Origin: a virus
Taxonomy: Duplodnaviria > Caudoviricetes
DNA length: 64,000 nucleotides
IMG/VR virus record: IMGVR_UViG_3300020577_003313
Direction: 5' to 3' (one strand)
Shown here: positions 1-11,300 of the stretch, one piece after another
How the letters are laid out: the number at the start of each line of letters is the position of its first letter
Position numbering within the stretch: position 1 is the first letter of the stretch
The notes under the pieces: model-generated
What the model was told of the DNA's origin: nothing
Database searches by the model: none
The model's input: the letters and a program-made list of their open reading frames with translations, nothing else
Program-made: the position numbers and the translations under genes

Positions 1-1
1 T

Positions 2-3000
2 ACTCAGTTCGAGAAAGCAACAGGAGTAGGAACTAGCTTTCAGAATAGATACACATTTGCGCAGAGATGGTTGGTCAACCCAGTAAAGAGACTAGCAGGA
101 CTATCTTCTGGATTTGCCCAAGTTAGAAAGATACAAGTACTCAATTCTAACAGAATTGAAGGTATCATTGATGAGTTCGCGGGATCTACAACCCCAGAGA
201 TTGTAAGACAAGGACCCAGAAAGACTATCATAGTTGGTGATCATGTAGATTTCAAGTCCCTTTCTGGATTTGAAAAGATAGCTACTATCTTTGGTCACAG
301 TAACAAACATACTCTAATTAACTCAGGATCTGGTTCTTATTACGATTCTATCCTTACAGGCGGAGTAGAACCTCACCTACGGCCTAAAGATTGGTTTATT
401 CCTAAGCCTCCAGAAGGAGGCTTCAAGATAGAGAGTACTAAGTCAGAGTTTTATACTGCTCCAGAAAGTAAGCTAATTCCTGGAATTACTTCCTTAAGAG
501 ATTTCGCTAGCTACTCTATGTACAGAGTTAGCCACTTGGCTTCTGAAACTCTATTCGGAATCAGCTTTGCTCCTTCTGCATCGTTCTTGGGTAATGCAGC
601 AAGACTTGCTGCTATACCAATGATATATGAAGCAGGTAGACAGTTAGTTAATTACGCAGATTATGGTCTAGAATCTACAATAGGATTCTCTCCTATAAAA
701 GCTGCCGCGACTATCTATACTAAAATAAGAGAAGCTCAGCAGTCAGTTAGATCTAGCTTAGGTATTCAACAAGCGGCTGCTGAACTAGAAAAGAACTTCC
801 CAGGATCTATGGATACGACTGGGTCGTTAATTGCTAGAAGTATTGTTGCTCCTGCTATAGCGTTTGCTTCTTTATCCAAGTTTACGTCAATAGGTAAAGC
901 TGCTCTAGGAGCAGCGGGTGTATTTGGGTTAATAGGAGGATCTGATGTTCAGCAAACTCCTGAAGCTCTTGCTAAAGAATATGCAGGAGATATAAAAGTA
1001 CCAGTAAGAAAAGGTAGATGGTGGAGCATTGGCGGTACGCCATATGAAGGCGGAGATATAGAAAGATTTGACTACAGCTGGTACCACAAGCTAAAGAGCG
1101 ACTATAAGAACAAATCTATTTACGGATCTTCGGATGAGTACTGGAAGTACAACGCTAATGTGTTCGGTATTCCATTACCGACTCCTAGCAATTGGTTTGG
1201 ACTAAGAAACATTCTTAATCCTTACAGGGCCGAGATAATCAATAAAGATTCAAGACCTTACGAGGAGACCGCGCCAGCTCTCAGTGATATACCAATATTT
1301 GGTCCAGCACTAGGAGAAACAATAGGAAGACTAATGAAGCCTTCGGCTTCTAGAGTTCCGGGACCAGTAGCTGAGGTAGGTCTTGTACCAAGAGGTCTTA
1401 CAGCTTCTGATGCTAGATCTCTAGGTATTCCAGAGATGAACATCTCTGAGATAGATTTCTCCCCATCTCTTCTAGACAAAGTAAAGAAGATGGCGGATGT
1501 TGCATCCGAACCTATCGGTGTGTATAAGTTCGTGATGGAATATTTTGGTATACGGCTCGAACCTAAGAAAGAACAACTAGCTACTTCTTCTAATATAGAC
1601 TCAGTAGGGAAAGGTCTCTATGACATGGACCTTGGCGGCGGCCTAGGTCAGACCGAATTCCTAAGAAGATTCATGCTGAGCGATTACCATGATAGCTCGC
1701 AGACAGCTAGAATGGTTAACAGAATCAGAAATAATATGCCAGACTGGGTGCCCGGATCTGGCTCTGTCTTTGAAAAAGACAAAGATTACTACATAGACTA
1801 TGGTACCGGATCTCCGTTTGATAAGCTAACGCAAGGAGAAGCGAGATTACCTGGTAGAGGCTACGAAAGCTTAAATAAACTAGAGTCAGGACAAGAGCGA
1901 GTTTATAGCCCTGTAGACAGATTACTCATTCTATCAGACATAGCTCCATACTCAGAAGCATATAAGTATTACGACAATTTAGTTTCTAAGATGAAACTTG
2001 CCCCTGAGTGGCAAGAAAAAGTTAAACTAGCTAGGGAGTATAAGGAAAAATCTACTAGAATTGATAATAGGTTTCCTAGATATACAGATTCCCTTATTGC
2101 CATTAACGAAAGAATCAAAGACTCAGCAGCATATAAAACTACTAGAGGAATCTACGATACTATAACACATGATGTTCTTAGCGAGATCCCACTGTTTGGA
2201 AGTAAACTGTTCCCATTTAGGGACAGCTATGAACGATACAGAAAAGAGCACATAGAAGGTTCTCAGTTTGCTTCATGGTTTACTCCATGGGAAGACATAC
2301 AAAGACCAGCTCTAACTGATATGGCTTTGTCTAATCCATTAGTCGGAGCCCTGAAGGGAGGAACTATAGGATTCTTGCTAGGAGGACCAATGAGTTGGGC
2401 AAGTCCTCTGTCCATAGGACCTTCTACCTCTATTGTAGGAGGTATGATAGTTGGAGGAGCACTAAGCGCGGGTCGAATTGCTCTTGGAGTCTCAGATAAC
2501 TATGTTCCGGATCATGTTAGAGAAGAATCGAATACTAATATGTACTTAGATTCTCTATCTTACATAAAGAACAGAGCTCTCGAAGAGAGAGCTAATAGCA
2601 TGGGCGTTTCTTCTTCTGAGTTTAGAAAGAATGCTAGAAAGACTTTAGTCGGCGCAAATACTCCAATTATGTTAAGAGCTTCTCTTCCGACTTCTCTAGA
2701 TAAGAAATATTTTGATCAGTTCCTAGAGACTCCAGTCGGTAATAGAGAGCAACTCCTTGCAGGAGTGTCTCCTCATCTAGCTTATGCTCTAAACAAAGCA
2801 TGGGGCATGGGCTACAATAGCCAACAGTCTGCTGATACAGAAGCTGTAGCAAGAGTATCAGATGTAGGTGTTCCATCTTTTGATTCCTTAGCCTGGCATC
2901 CAATGGTAGACAATAGGTCAATGGGACTCAAGCTAGTCACCCACGGACTTAATGGAGTTAGCGATAACTACCACAGATATGGCTTCTATGAAGCCAACGA

Positions 3001-3226
3001 AGCTACCATAAGAACAAGAATGCCAGATCTTTGGAACGAATCGACTACTTTCGTAAGTCCTCCTAACTTTGCTAGCGCAAAGGAATACATACAGAACATT
3101 GGCCAAAATATTGATGGCAGGGTTACTACTTCTGTAACCTACACTCCATACAGAGCCAAATATACTCAGAAGCTGCAAATAGATAGAAGTAAAGATAATC
3201 TGCCGATTATTCAAGGTAGGTACTAG
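2..3226 (+). CDS. Large tape-measure-like / ejected virion protein (5' truncated by window edge)
   Basis: The frame is open from base 2 (TQFEKATGVGTSF...), so the TTG at 71 is probably not the true start. Largely helical, with Gly/Ala-rich hydrophobic segments (VGALKGGTIGFLLGGP; IVGGMIVGGALSAG). Lies upstream of hub, gp25 and J genes. TAG stop overlaps the next GTG start. Confidence 0.5.
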   Translation, partial: TQFEKATGVGTSFQNRYTFAQRWLVNPVKRLAGLSSGFAQVRKIQVLNSNRIEGIIDEFAGSTTPEIVRQGPRKTIIVGDHVDFKSLSGFEKIATIFGHSNKHTLINSGSGSYYDSILTGGVEPHLRPKDWFIPKPPEGGFKIESTKSEFYTAPESKLIPGITSLRDFASYSMYRVSHLASETLFGISFAPSASFLGNAARLAAIPMIYEAGRQLVNYADYGLESTIGFSPIKAAATIYTKIREAQQSVRSSLGIQQAAAELEKNFPGSMDTTGSLIARSIVAPAIAFASLSKFTSIGKAALGAAGVFGLIGGSDVQQTPEALAKEYAGDIKVPVRKGRWWSIGGTPYEGGDIERFDYSWYHKLKSDYKNKSIYGSSDEYWKYNANVFGIPLPTPSNWFGLRNILNPYRAEIINKDSRPYEETAPALSDIPIFGPALGETIGRLMKPSASRVPGPVAEVGLVPRGLTASDARSLGIPEMNISEIDFSPSLLDKVKKMADVASEPIGVYKFVMEYFGIRLEPKKEQLATSSNIDSVGKGLYDMDLGGGLGQTEFLRRFMLSDYHDSSQTARMVNRIRNNMPDWVPGSGSVFEKDKDYYIDYGTGSPFDKLTQGEARLPGRGYESLNKLESGQERVYSPVDRLLILSDIAPYSEAYKYYDNLVSKMKLAPEWQEKVKLAREYKEKSTRIDNRFPRYTDSLIAINERIKDSAAYKTTRGIYDTITHDVLSEIPLFGSKLFPFRDSYERYRKEHIEGSQFASWFTPWEDIQRPALTDMALSNPLVGALKGGTIGFLLGGPMSWASPLSIGPSTSIVGGMIVGGALSAGRIALGVSDNYVPDHVREESNTNMYLDSLSYIKNRALEERANSMGVSSSEFRKNARKTLVGANTPIMLRASLPTSLDKKYFDQFLETPVGNREQLLAGVSPHLAYALNKAWGMGYNSQQSADTEAVARVSDVGVPSFDSLAWHPMVDNRSMGLKLVTHGLNGVSDNYHRYGFYEANEATIRTRMPDLWNESTTFVSPPNFASAKEYIQNIGQNIDGRVTTSVTYTPYRAKYTQKLQIDRSKDNLPIIQGRY

Positions 3227-6200
3227 TGTCAAGCTCTTCAGATAACCCAATTGGTAATATTTTTGACAACGTGATGGGCTTTAGCAAGCCTAAAAACGTT
3301 AGCGAATACCTAGACAGAATGCGGGGTCTATCTGATGATAATACTCCGCTATCTTATCTATTACAGAGAAAAGACAAGTACAATATCTTCGGAAGAGCCA
3401 GAGGTACTGTCTGGCAGAGAACTGGCAGCAAAGCAGATCCTATTACTCCAAACAGTTACCAAGGATCTCCTTTTGAGGTTCTTTCTCCTAATAGATATGC
3501 CTCTCTTCCAGGAGTAAATCCTACAAGAGCTAGAATGTTGCAGAAGTATAACCTGCATCTAGCTCACTCTAGTTCTCTAAAGGAGATGTACTTACTTGGT
3601 ACAGATGGATGGCAGGGTGCTCTTCCAATACAAGAAGGCGGTCTTGTACATACAGGAGGCTCAGTAAGAGGAGCTTATAGGCTAAAGTACACTGATTCTT
3701 TAGGAGAAGAAACATATCACTCTCTATTCTATCAAAAACTAGATGAACTCATAGGTCGAAACTTACCAAGAGGAAAGTTCTTAAGAGAGTTCAGAAAGAT
3801 TAACGAAAGTGTAATTGGTACAGGTGTAAAAGGAAAACTAAAGCTCGGCGCCTTGTTAGGCAGCCCTGTAACAAGAAGAGGTAGTGATATAGGTTTATTT
3901 AACGCTCAGTCTCATGAGCTGAGAATGAGAGTAGTCGATAGACCTGGCGCTTCGGAAAGTGATATAATTTCCAAGTTCAAGCAGTTTAAGCAAGACACAA
4001 GAACTATCAATCTCTTAGTAAAGACTAAGGGCAATGTGATACCTGACTACCTACCGGATTCAAATGCCCTGACGGCATTTGACCAAGCTAGAAGAGGTAT
4101 AGAGTCATTCCATGAATGGCTCCCTTCTATGTACGCAAGGCTTGGAATTTCTGGTATGCATCAGCTTGCAAAAGCTGATTATTTAACTGGTCAGAAAGGT
4201 CTAGTACTACCAAGCAGTATAGGCAAGGAAGTATTTGGAAGCTTTGCTTCTATTAGAGAACAAACTAAAGGTTTGTTCCAGGAATACAATAGAGCATATT
4301 TCACGAAAGGCCAAAGAGAGCATATCTTTGCTACCCAAGGTAGCCCGATAGCGTCATTTATGACTGCTGCCGAAGATAGAAAATATGGTCCTTGGTTAAA
4401 GAGAAAAGCTAAGATAGCTATTGTAGACTTTAAGTCTATGCAGGATGAATTACTTACTGTAGGTGATTCAGGTTTTGCAATGACTTACAAAGGCTCTGTA
4501 AGAGCCGCTTCTCATCAATACATTGGTTCTTTAAGAATAGCTGCGCCAGATCAGCTAAAAATTAGTGCGGTAGAAGATCTACTAGGAGTCTCTAATCCTC
4601 GCGGGATAGTCAAGAGTGCTGTTCCAATTTCCTTTACTAAAAAGGAACTCGAAAGAGCAAGATGGAGTAGACGGTATGCGCAGAAAAATTCTCTGCCTAC
4701 TTTCTATAAGTGGGGCGACCTAACTGAAAAAGAAAGAGCACTTAGAGTTTTAGCGAGATCTAAATCTTCAGGAGTCCTAGATGCTGTAGCTAATCATGGA
4801 GGAAGTGTATTCGCTACTGTAACTCATAAGAGTGGTAAGCTATCCATAGACTTCCTGACTAGTAGATTGCTCAATCCTGGCACGGCAGAAATGTTGGTAG
4901 GCGGACTCCGTATGACCGGAACTACCACTACTGCTGACAGTCCTATACACACTGCTTTAAATACTCTAGCAGATAAGCACGGAGTGGAATTAGTAATATC
5001 CGGATCATCTGCGTCCAAGATGAGAGAGTCCAGTATTATTACCGGGTTCCTCCATGAGATGGAAGAACAAGGTAAACTAGATGAAGCAATAAAGATACTC
5101 GGAGGAAATAAAGGTAATACCACTTACGGAGACATTCCTGTAGTAAAAGATTTTGAATCTGCACACAGAGCCGCCCTACAGTATATCAAAGATTTAGAAA
5201 AGTCTAAGATAAAGAAAAACATAAAGATAGCAGCTAGAATGCGGCGCGGTAAGCAAATTTCTGCTGCCGTGTTTGGATTGCAAGATATTGCTCACTCTGT
5301 AAGTATATTCAATGCCGACATATCTCTAAGAGCAGATGCAACTCTAGATATGAACTCCGTCAATCCTGGAAGAATAACTCCAGGAAAGATGAAGACTATA
5401 GCTCTTGCTGCTAGATTAAGAGGACACAGTAATCCTTATAATGATGTTGTATTTAGAACTCTGGCAAATCACTGGAAGAGTTCTCACTTTGGATATGATC
5501 ACTCGACTATGGATTTCAGACTTGGTTCTGAAAGTCCTATCCTTAAGTGGACAGAGGCGATAAACGGTAGTCCTATCTCTCATAGAGTAGAGGACCTCGG
5601 TAGAAATCTAGTTATTTCTAGACACGGAAATAAAGTCTGGGCTAAGGGTGCAAATGCTAGTTACATGCTAAAGACTCCTAGACGCGAAGCGTTTAGAATG
5701 TCTGCTGATGGCATGAGCTATGACGAGCTGTCTAATACAATTCTAGACAGAAGATTTAGAAACAAGATGGCTTACCTAGATCTAGGAAAAGAGATGAACC
5801 TAGATCTGCTTGGACAAAACAAGTCTATTCGTTATCTGCCAATACCTCTGGAACTGTCTAGAGTAAGTGCGACTGACCATAGAGTCATTATGGATGATAA
5901 GCATCCATTTGCATCTTACATGGATCTTCTAAGAGAGTATTCTGCAAACGGAAGCGATACTCAGAAATTTGCTAAGCTTGCTAGAACAGCTACTGAAGGA
6001 ATGTACAAGTCCATACTTGGTAAAGATGGACTACTAGCTAAGACAAATATAATTCATCTTAAGAATTCTCTACCATTTAGACTAACAGCCCAAAGAGGAA
6101 ACTACTGGAACAAGGGCAATATGTTCTCGGCAGAGAACTTCTATGATATCCAGGTATCTAGAAAGCAGTTTTCTGCTGAAGCTCTTAAGAAGATGGGCTA

Positions 6201-7824
6201 TTCAGAGGAAGACGCCCGCAGACTAATAAAGTCTGCAAAAGTTAGAAAGTCTATGTATGTGATGCTAGGAGCAGATCCTGCTCAGCGTCCAGAACACATA
6301 GGCCAGATATGGAGATTAGTATTTAATGATTCTGATAATGTAGGAAAAGATTTCAGACTAACCGGAGCTACTCACCCAATAGCTCAGAGAATGTTGGAAA
6401 GAGACAACGACATGGATAAGTTGTTTCTGCACTTCATCGGCCACGAAGCTGAAAAAGCAGAAGGCATAGCAGTAAACAGACAGTTTGCCAGTATTATTGA
6501 GCAACAAAAGAAGGCAGTTGCTCCAGTACTTAACTTTGTAAAGAGCGAAATAGAGAAAGATTACGGAAAGTCTTCTTCTGGAAGGACAGCTATACTCAAA
6601 GATATAATGGAAGCCTACACAGGTCAAAAGACCTGGGCGTCTTTGGGATATACAATAACGAGACCAGACGAAAGATTAATTCATACTATCTTAACAGAAG
6701 GCGCGGAAGGTCTCAAAGCAAAAGGAATTTCTCTAGGAACTAAAGCTGGACTTAACGAATTCCATATTCAGCAAATGCGTGCTGCACTAGGAGGAGAAGC
6801 CTATGCTCCTGCTATGGTGCTAAGTCAGTATTTATACCAGGGCGGCGTTACTAAGGGTGGCGTTAAGGGAAGCTTGCTCGATCTTTCTAGAGCACTTATA
6901 GAAACTGCACAGAAAGCTAAGACTCAGGACCTAGATCTAGATGAAGCGTTTAGAACCGGAAAGCAGCACATTCTGGATTTTATTGAGGGTTCCGATAAGA
7001 ACAGACTATGGGCTACTACTGAGTATTTAGTAAATAAGATCAATAGACGTAGCTCCACTCCTCTAGTCCTTCAGGGACTAGCAGAAGGTTCTGCTGAAAT
7101 GGCTAATGCCAGAAAGGCAGTGTTTGACGAAGCTGCCGACCTAATGTCAAAGCTAATATTTGGTAGTGCCGCAATTCACGGGGCTATGGGCAGGGGTGTT
7201 AGCAATCTAACTGCTGTAATGGAAGATAGAGCGCCAACTGAAGGTCCTCTTCATCCTAGATCAGTATGGAATAGATTCATTGCCCCAGTACTTGGCTTTG
7301 GACAAGCTGGAACTCCTCCGCCCTCTAGTGAGGGCGCAGCTACTCAAGTACTAGGAACTGCTACTGGACCTACCGTAACTCCTGCCGAATCGCCCACGTC
7401 CAGATCTTTCAGATCTTCATTCTCTGAAATTGGAGAAAACCTATTAAGTAACTTTAAGAGTATATCTAAGAGCAAGTATCTTTGGCCTTCTGTTGGTGGC
7501 CTAGCAGCCATTGGTGCATATGGCTACATGTCTAGACCTGACCTTAGTTCTTCTGACATGCCGCCTCCAATGGATGTTTCTATGCCTACAGACAGAGGAC
7601 CGGATGTGCCGGATTATTCTAATGTAGCTAGAGTTAATAACTCTAGGCCAATAGCGCCTGCTTCTAGACTTAGAAAGCAATTTAACTATAACCAAGTCTC
7701 TACTAGCAGATTCCCAGGTAGATCTAGTTCAAATGTAATTATAGAAGACAGGACTAGCCCAACTAGTCCTTGGTTAATTAGACAACAAATGCAAAAAGTC
7801 AGCGAAAGCGACTTTGTGAGATAA
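3226..7824 (+). CDS. Giant virion-associated protein with degenerate two-barrel (DPBB) RNA polymerase-like motifs
   Basis: HPIAQRMLERDNDMDKLFLH (nt 6373-6432) aligns without gaps to the beta' motif [20 protein letters not shown]. The upstream VMLGADPAQRPEHI matches the spacing of VLLNRAPTLHRLGI. Hydrophobic segment plus Pro-rich tail at the C-terminus. Confidence 0.55.
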   Translation: MSSSSDNPIGNIFDNVMGFSKPKNVSEYLDRMRGLSDDNTPLSYLLQRKDKYNIFGRARGTVWQRTGSKADPITPNSYQGSPFEVLSPNRYASLPGVNPTRARMLQKYNLHLAHSSSLKEMYLLGTDGWQGALPIQEGGLVHTGGSVRGAYRLKYTDSLGEETYHSLFYQKLDELIGRNLPRGKFLREFRKINESVIGTGVKGKLKLGALLGSPVTRRGSDIGLFNAQSHELRMRVVDRPGASESDIISKFKQFKQDTRTINLLVKTKGNVIPDYLPDSNALTAFDQARRGIESFHEWLPSMYARLGISGMHQLAKADYLTGQKGLVLPSSIGKEVFGSFASIREQTKGLFQEYNRAYFTKGQREHIFATQGSPIASFMTAAEDRKYGPWLKRKAKIAIVDFKSMQDELLTVGDSGFAMTYKGSVRAASHQYIGSLRIAAPDQLKISAVEDLLGVSNPRGIVKSAVPISFTKKELERARWSRRYAQKNSLPTFYKWGDLTEKERALRVLARSKSSGVLDAVANHGGSVFATVTHKSGKLSIDFLTSRLLNPGTAEMLVGGLRMTGTTTTADSPIHTALNTLADKHGVELVISGSSASKMRESSIITGFLHEMEEQGKLDEAIKILGGNKGNTTYGDIPVVKDFESAHRAALQYIKDLEKSKIKKNIKIAARMRRGKQISAAVFGLQDIAHSVSIFNADISLRADATLDMNSVNPGRITPGKMKTIALAARLRGHSNPYNDVVFRTLANHWKSSHFGYDHSTMDFRLGSESPILKWTEAINGSPISHRVEDLGRNLVISRHGNKVWAKGANASYMLKTPRREAFRMSADGMSYDELSNTILDRRFRNKMAYLDLGKEMNLDLLGQNKSIRYLPIPLELSRVSATDHRVIMDDKHPFASYMDLLREYSANGSDTQKFAKLARTATEGMYKSILGKDGLLAKTNIIHLKNSLPFRLTAQRGNYWNKGNMFSAENFYDIQVSRKQFSAEALKKMGYSEEDARRLIKSAKVRKSMYVMLGADPAQRPEHIGQIWRLVFNDSDNVGKDFRLTGATHPIAQRMLERDNDMDKLFLHFIGHEAEKAEGIAVNRQFASIIEQQKKAVAPVLNFVKSEIEKDYGKSSSGRTAILKDIMEAYTGQKTWASLGYTITRPDERLIHTILTEGAEGLKAKGISLGTKAGLNEFHIQQMRAALGGEAYAPAMVLSQYLYQGGVTKGGVKGSLLDLSRALIETAQKAKTQDLDLDEAFRTGKQHILDFIEGSDKNRLWATTEYLVNKINRRSSTPLVLQGLAEGSAEMANARKAVFDEAADLMSKLIFGSAAIHGAMGRGVSNLTAVMEDRAPTEGPLHPRSVWNRFIAPVLGFGQAGTPPPSSEGAATQVLGTATGPTVTPAESPTSRSFRSSFSEIGENLLSNFKSISKSKYLWPSVGGLAAIGAYGYMSRPDLSSSDMPPPMDVSMPTDRGPDVPDYSNVARVNNSRPIAPASRLRKQFNYNQVSTSRFPGRSSSNVIIEDRTSPTSPWLIRQQMQKVSESDFVR

Positions 7825-7828
7825 TAAT

Positions 7829-8383
7829 ATGACAAGTGTAACAGTTGTAATTGGAAATCCCATCTCTACATATAGCTATGTGAACTACTATAGCGTTACA
7901 GCAATAAGATCCATAGTACTTGTTGTACAGAGACCTGTTGGTAGTTCTTATGTCAGAAAGCAACATAGCGTTACACTAGGTTACGGTAAGGTCATAACCC
8001 CGTTTAGAATAAGTACTTCTTCTAGAATACCTACTCTACAGAATGTACTTCATACATTTGGAGTATTCGTTCCCTTACCTCAGATTACAACTCTCAATAA
8101 CATAAGAGAGTCGTCCGCTGTAAACACTTCTCAAGTACTTCCTACTCCAAGAAATAACGATCCAGAGTCTCACATTGCAGTTGCAGAATTGATCTCTTCT
8201 GGAGGAAGCTTAGACGGGCTACCAGAAGGTAGCCGACAAATTATTGCCAAAACTGTTACGCCTAACGTAAAATCTTCGAAAGAAGTATCTGTTGTTATTT
8301 CAACACTAGCAAATAATTACGGCGCTAAGTCTAATCCTAGACAGATCACCACATCATATTCTAATAGAATCAGAAGATCATGA
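7829..8383 (+). CDS. Hypothetical virion/tail-region protein
   Basis: 184-aa ORF packed between two giant genes; ATGA overlap with the next gene; no recognisable motif. Confidence 0.6.
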   Translation: MTSVTVVIGNPISTYSYVNYYSVTAIRSIVLVVQRPVGSSYVRKQHSVTLGYGKVITPFRISTSSRIPTLQNVLHTFGVFVPLPQITTLNNIRESSAVNTSQVLPTPRNNDPESHIAVAELISSGGSLDGLPEGSRQIIAKTVTPNVKSSKEVSVVISTLANNYGAKSNPRQITTSYSNRIRRS

Positions 8384-11300
8384 CGTCAACTAGCCTACAG
8401 ATTGGTCCATATACTTTTCAACATTCTGTACAAAGTATTGTTCTCCAAGAACAGAAAGCTCTGAATGCGGCGGAAACTACCAGATCTAGTAAGAACCTTA
8501 TTATTGATACTGGAAAAACTTCCAGTAAGGCAGTTATTCAGTTTCTGTTTTCTGGTATTAACGAGATAAATACTGACGCTAGAAGATTAATAGCATTATT
8601 TAGATGCTGTCCAGTGATCTCATGTAAAAATGAGATGATCTCTAACTCTTGGAAGCCTCTGACAAATCAAACAAAGAAAGATACTGATATCTTACCAAAA
8701 GATACAGCTGCTGTAGATAGAACAGAATATAACCAATTTGTTCCTGTTGGGCTAGAAGAAATATCAATAAGTTCGGTTCCAGATTTGCCATTTTGTATTT
8801 ACCTTACTCTTACTCTATCTAAGATAGATGTTTCAAACGCTACGTCTGGAGATATTCTGTATCAGGACGAGAACCCCGCGAATAGATGGACAGATCCAGC
8901 AAAAGCTTTCTGGCTAAAGAAATGGGTAGACACTATTCTAGAAGATCAAAAAATTCCTATCTTAATCAGAGAGGACTTCGATAATATATCCTTTGAATGG
9001 TTTGGCAAAGATATCTTTGGGGATAGGGTCACGTCAAATAATATCCCTGGTAGAATTAACCTAGAACAAGACAGCCCATATTTAAAAATACAAGCAGAGA
9101 CCTGTACCATAAGAAATAACTTTGTGTACAATACCCTTATCGGTAAGGGCTCTCCTTCTCCTCAGCATATGGGTTCTACCAGTAGGTATTACTCATTAGA
9201 TATCCTATCTAATGGTCAGACTGACTCTGGAGAGTCAGAATACAAGATGCTTCAAACTTTTAAAGAAGCATCCGACGAGATGGCGAGATCTAAAAATAGA
9301 GAGAACAGAATCATTGGATGGGCAGTCACAAGTCCTATTTCAAAACTTTTAGCAGTATCGTCTTATCCAATAAGATACCGGTCAGGTATCTTTGTTCCTA
9401 TAACTGTAAGCCAAGAGACTTCATCGGAGCCATTTGTAAAGACCATATCTATTGATATGATCGAAAACAATGTTGATTTCTTTCAGCAAAATGAAATCCT
9501 CCTTACTGAAGGAGGAACTGATTATGATGATCTACTAGCTTACTACAAGAGACTTACTGAAAAAGAATATCAGTTCAGAAAGAACAAGCAAACGCCGGGC
9601 TATGTAGATTCAGCATTGAGCGGAACATCAATACAGAGTCAAGAAGAATATGACGCGTGGTCTCTATTCTGGCCAATCTCTTCCCCAGGATATACTTGGG
9701 TAAAGAACACAGATATCTTCGGTGTTCTCTCTAAAGAAACTCTAAAGGCAGTGTTCTTAGATCCGGAGTACGATACTAAGGAAAGACTAGCAATAGCGTT
9801 AAACCAAGCTATTTTAGTTGTAGGAGAGACTCTGTCTGGTTCAAGACAAGTACCTATTTGGACAAAGACAAAAATAAATCTAGACCAGATAAGATCTCTA
9901 GTAGCAGGTTCTGATAGTGATGAGAAAGATCTAGCATCTATATTCATAGCTATTAAAGATCTAGTGTCTACTAAGATGATACTCGGAGCAGATGAAACTG
10001 CTATAAACTTTCTATCCCAGAAAATATTCCTGTCTTTCTTAGGAGATTTTGACGGAGTGTTGGATGTCAACACAGAATCCGGATCTGTGGTTCAGATCCT
10101 AGCAGGATCTGTTTATCAATTTCATCCAGATTTCTTAAGTGCTTTATTCAGAGTACTAGTAGAGAGAAGAAAGCCTCCTCAGTTTAAGATACCAGCATAC
10201 AGCATTGATGCTGTAAACACTAGCTTCTTTAAGCTAATTGCAGCATTTGCAAAAGACAACAATAAATTACCGATCTACAAAGAGCCAGAACCGGGTACTT
10301 CTAATGACAACGCAAAAGCATTAAGTGTTGTCAAAGCAAATAATAGATGCCTTTACCCTGATCTGCTATTGCCGACATATGGCGAGCTCTACGAGGATAA
10401 GTGGACTCTGTTCGCTCCTACCTATAATGATTTTGGTATTATCAATAGAAAGCCTAGCAGTGATTCTGTTATTGCAGACAACCCTCAAAATGAAATAGCA
10501 GTATCTATTGACGACTATGTTTCCCCAGCTGCTTGGTTCTTTAATAAGAAATTCAAAGAAGGATTGGATAAGCTTCTATCCTTTGTAGATAAGGATGCCA
10601 GTGCTGCCGCTGCTGTGGGCCATAACCTAGTAATATCCATACCTTTTGATACTGATGAGATCGAAGAACTAGAAGAACTTCTGCAAAAGAAAGAAGAAGA
10701 TAACCCGACCTACAGAGCAGCTTCACTACCCACAATCATAGAAAGATCTGAATCAATAATTAGGAATGCTATCCAGCGCCAACTGGATAATCCTAATCAA
10801 AAGTTCTACGATAGCTTAAAACAGCTAGAAATAATTGATGCTAACGAAGCTCTAAGACAGCAGTATCTTTCTAGCTCCTCCAAAACTGTATCAATTCTAC
10901 AGTCTAACGCAGGTAGTATTACAGTAAAAAGAAAGTTAACAGCTCCTGGTGTCGCTGGAGCTATTGTCAGAGTCTTAAAAGAGTACAAGCTTTTATCCAC
11001 TAGTGATAGACTGCCCAGACTCGATGCCTACGAAGAGTATAGATCCGCCGACAAGACATCAGAATTCAAATTCATTAGAGGTTTAGACGAGAACACTCAA
11101 CAGAGTGTGAAGTCTATGATTGACCAGCTTCCTGATACATATGAAAGTATGGTCAAACTATTCCCTGCTTGTAAGGTGTACTTAGTAGATAAAAGAGGAA
11201 CTGATATCGTCGGAGACGATAGTTTCTTTACAGTTAATCCAATTGTGTCTATAGATATTACACTAGACAAAGAAGAGGCAGATCTGGCAGTCATTAGGGT

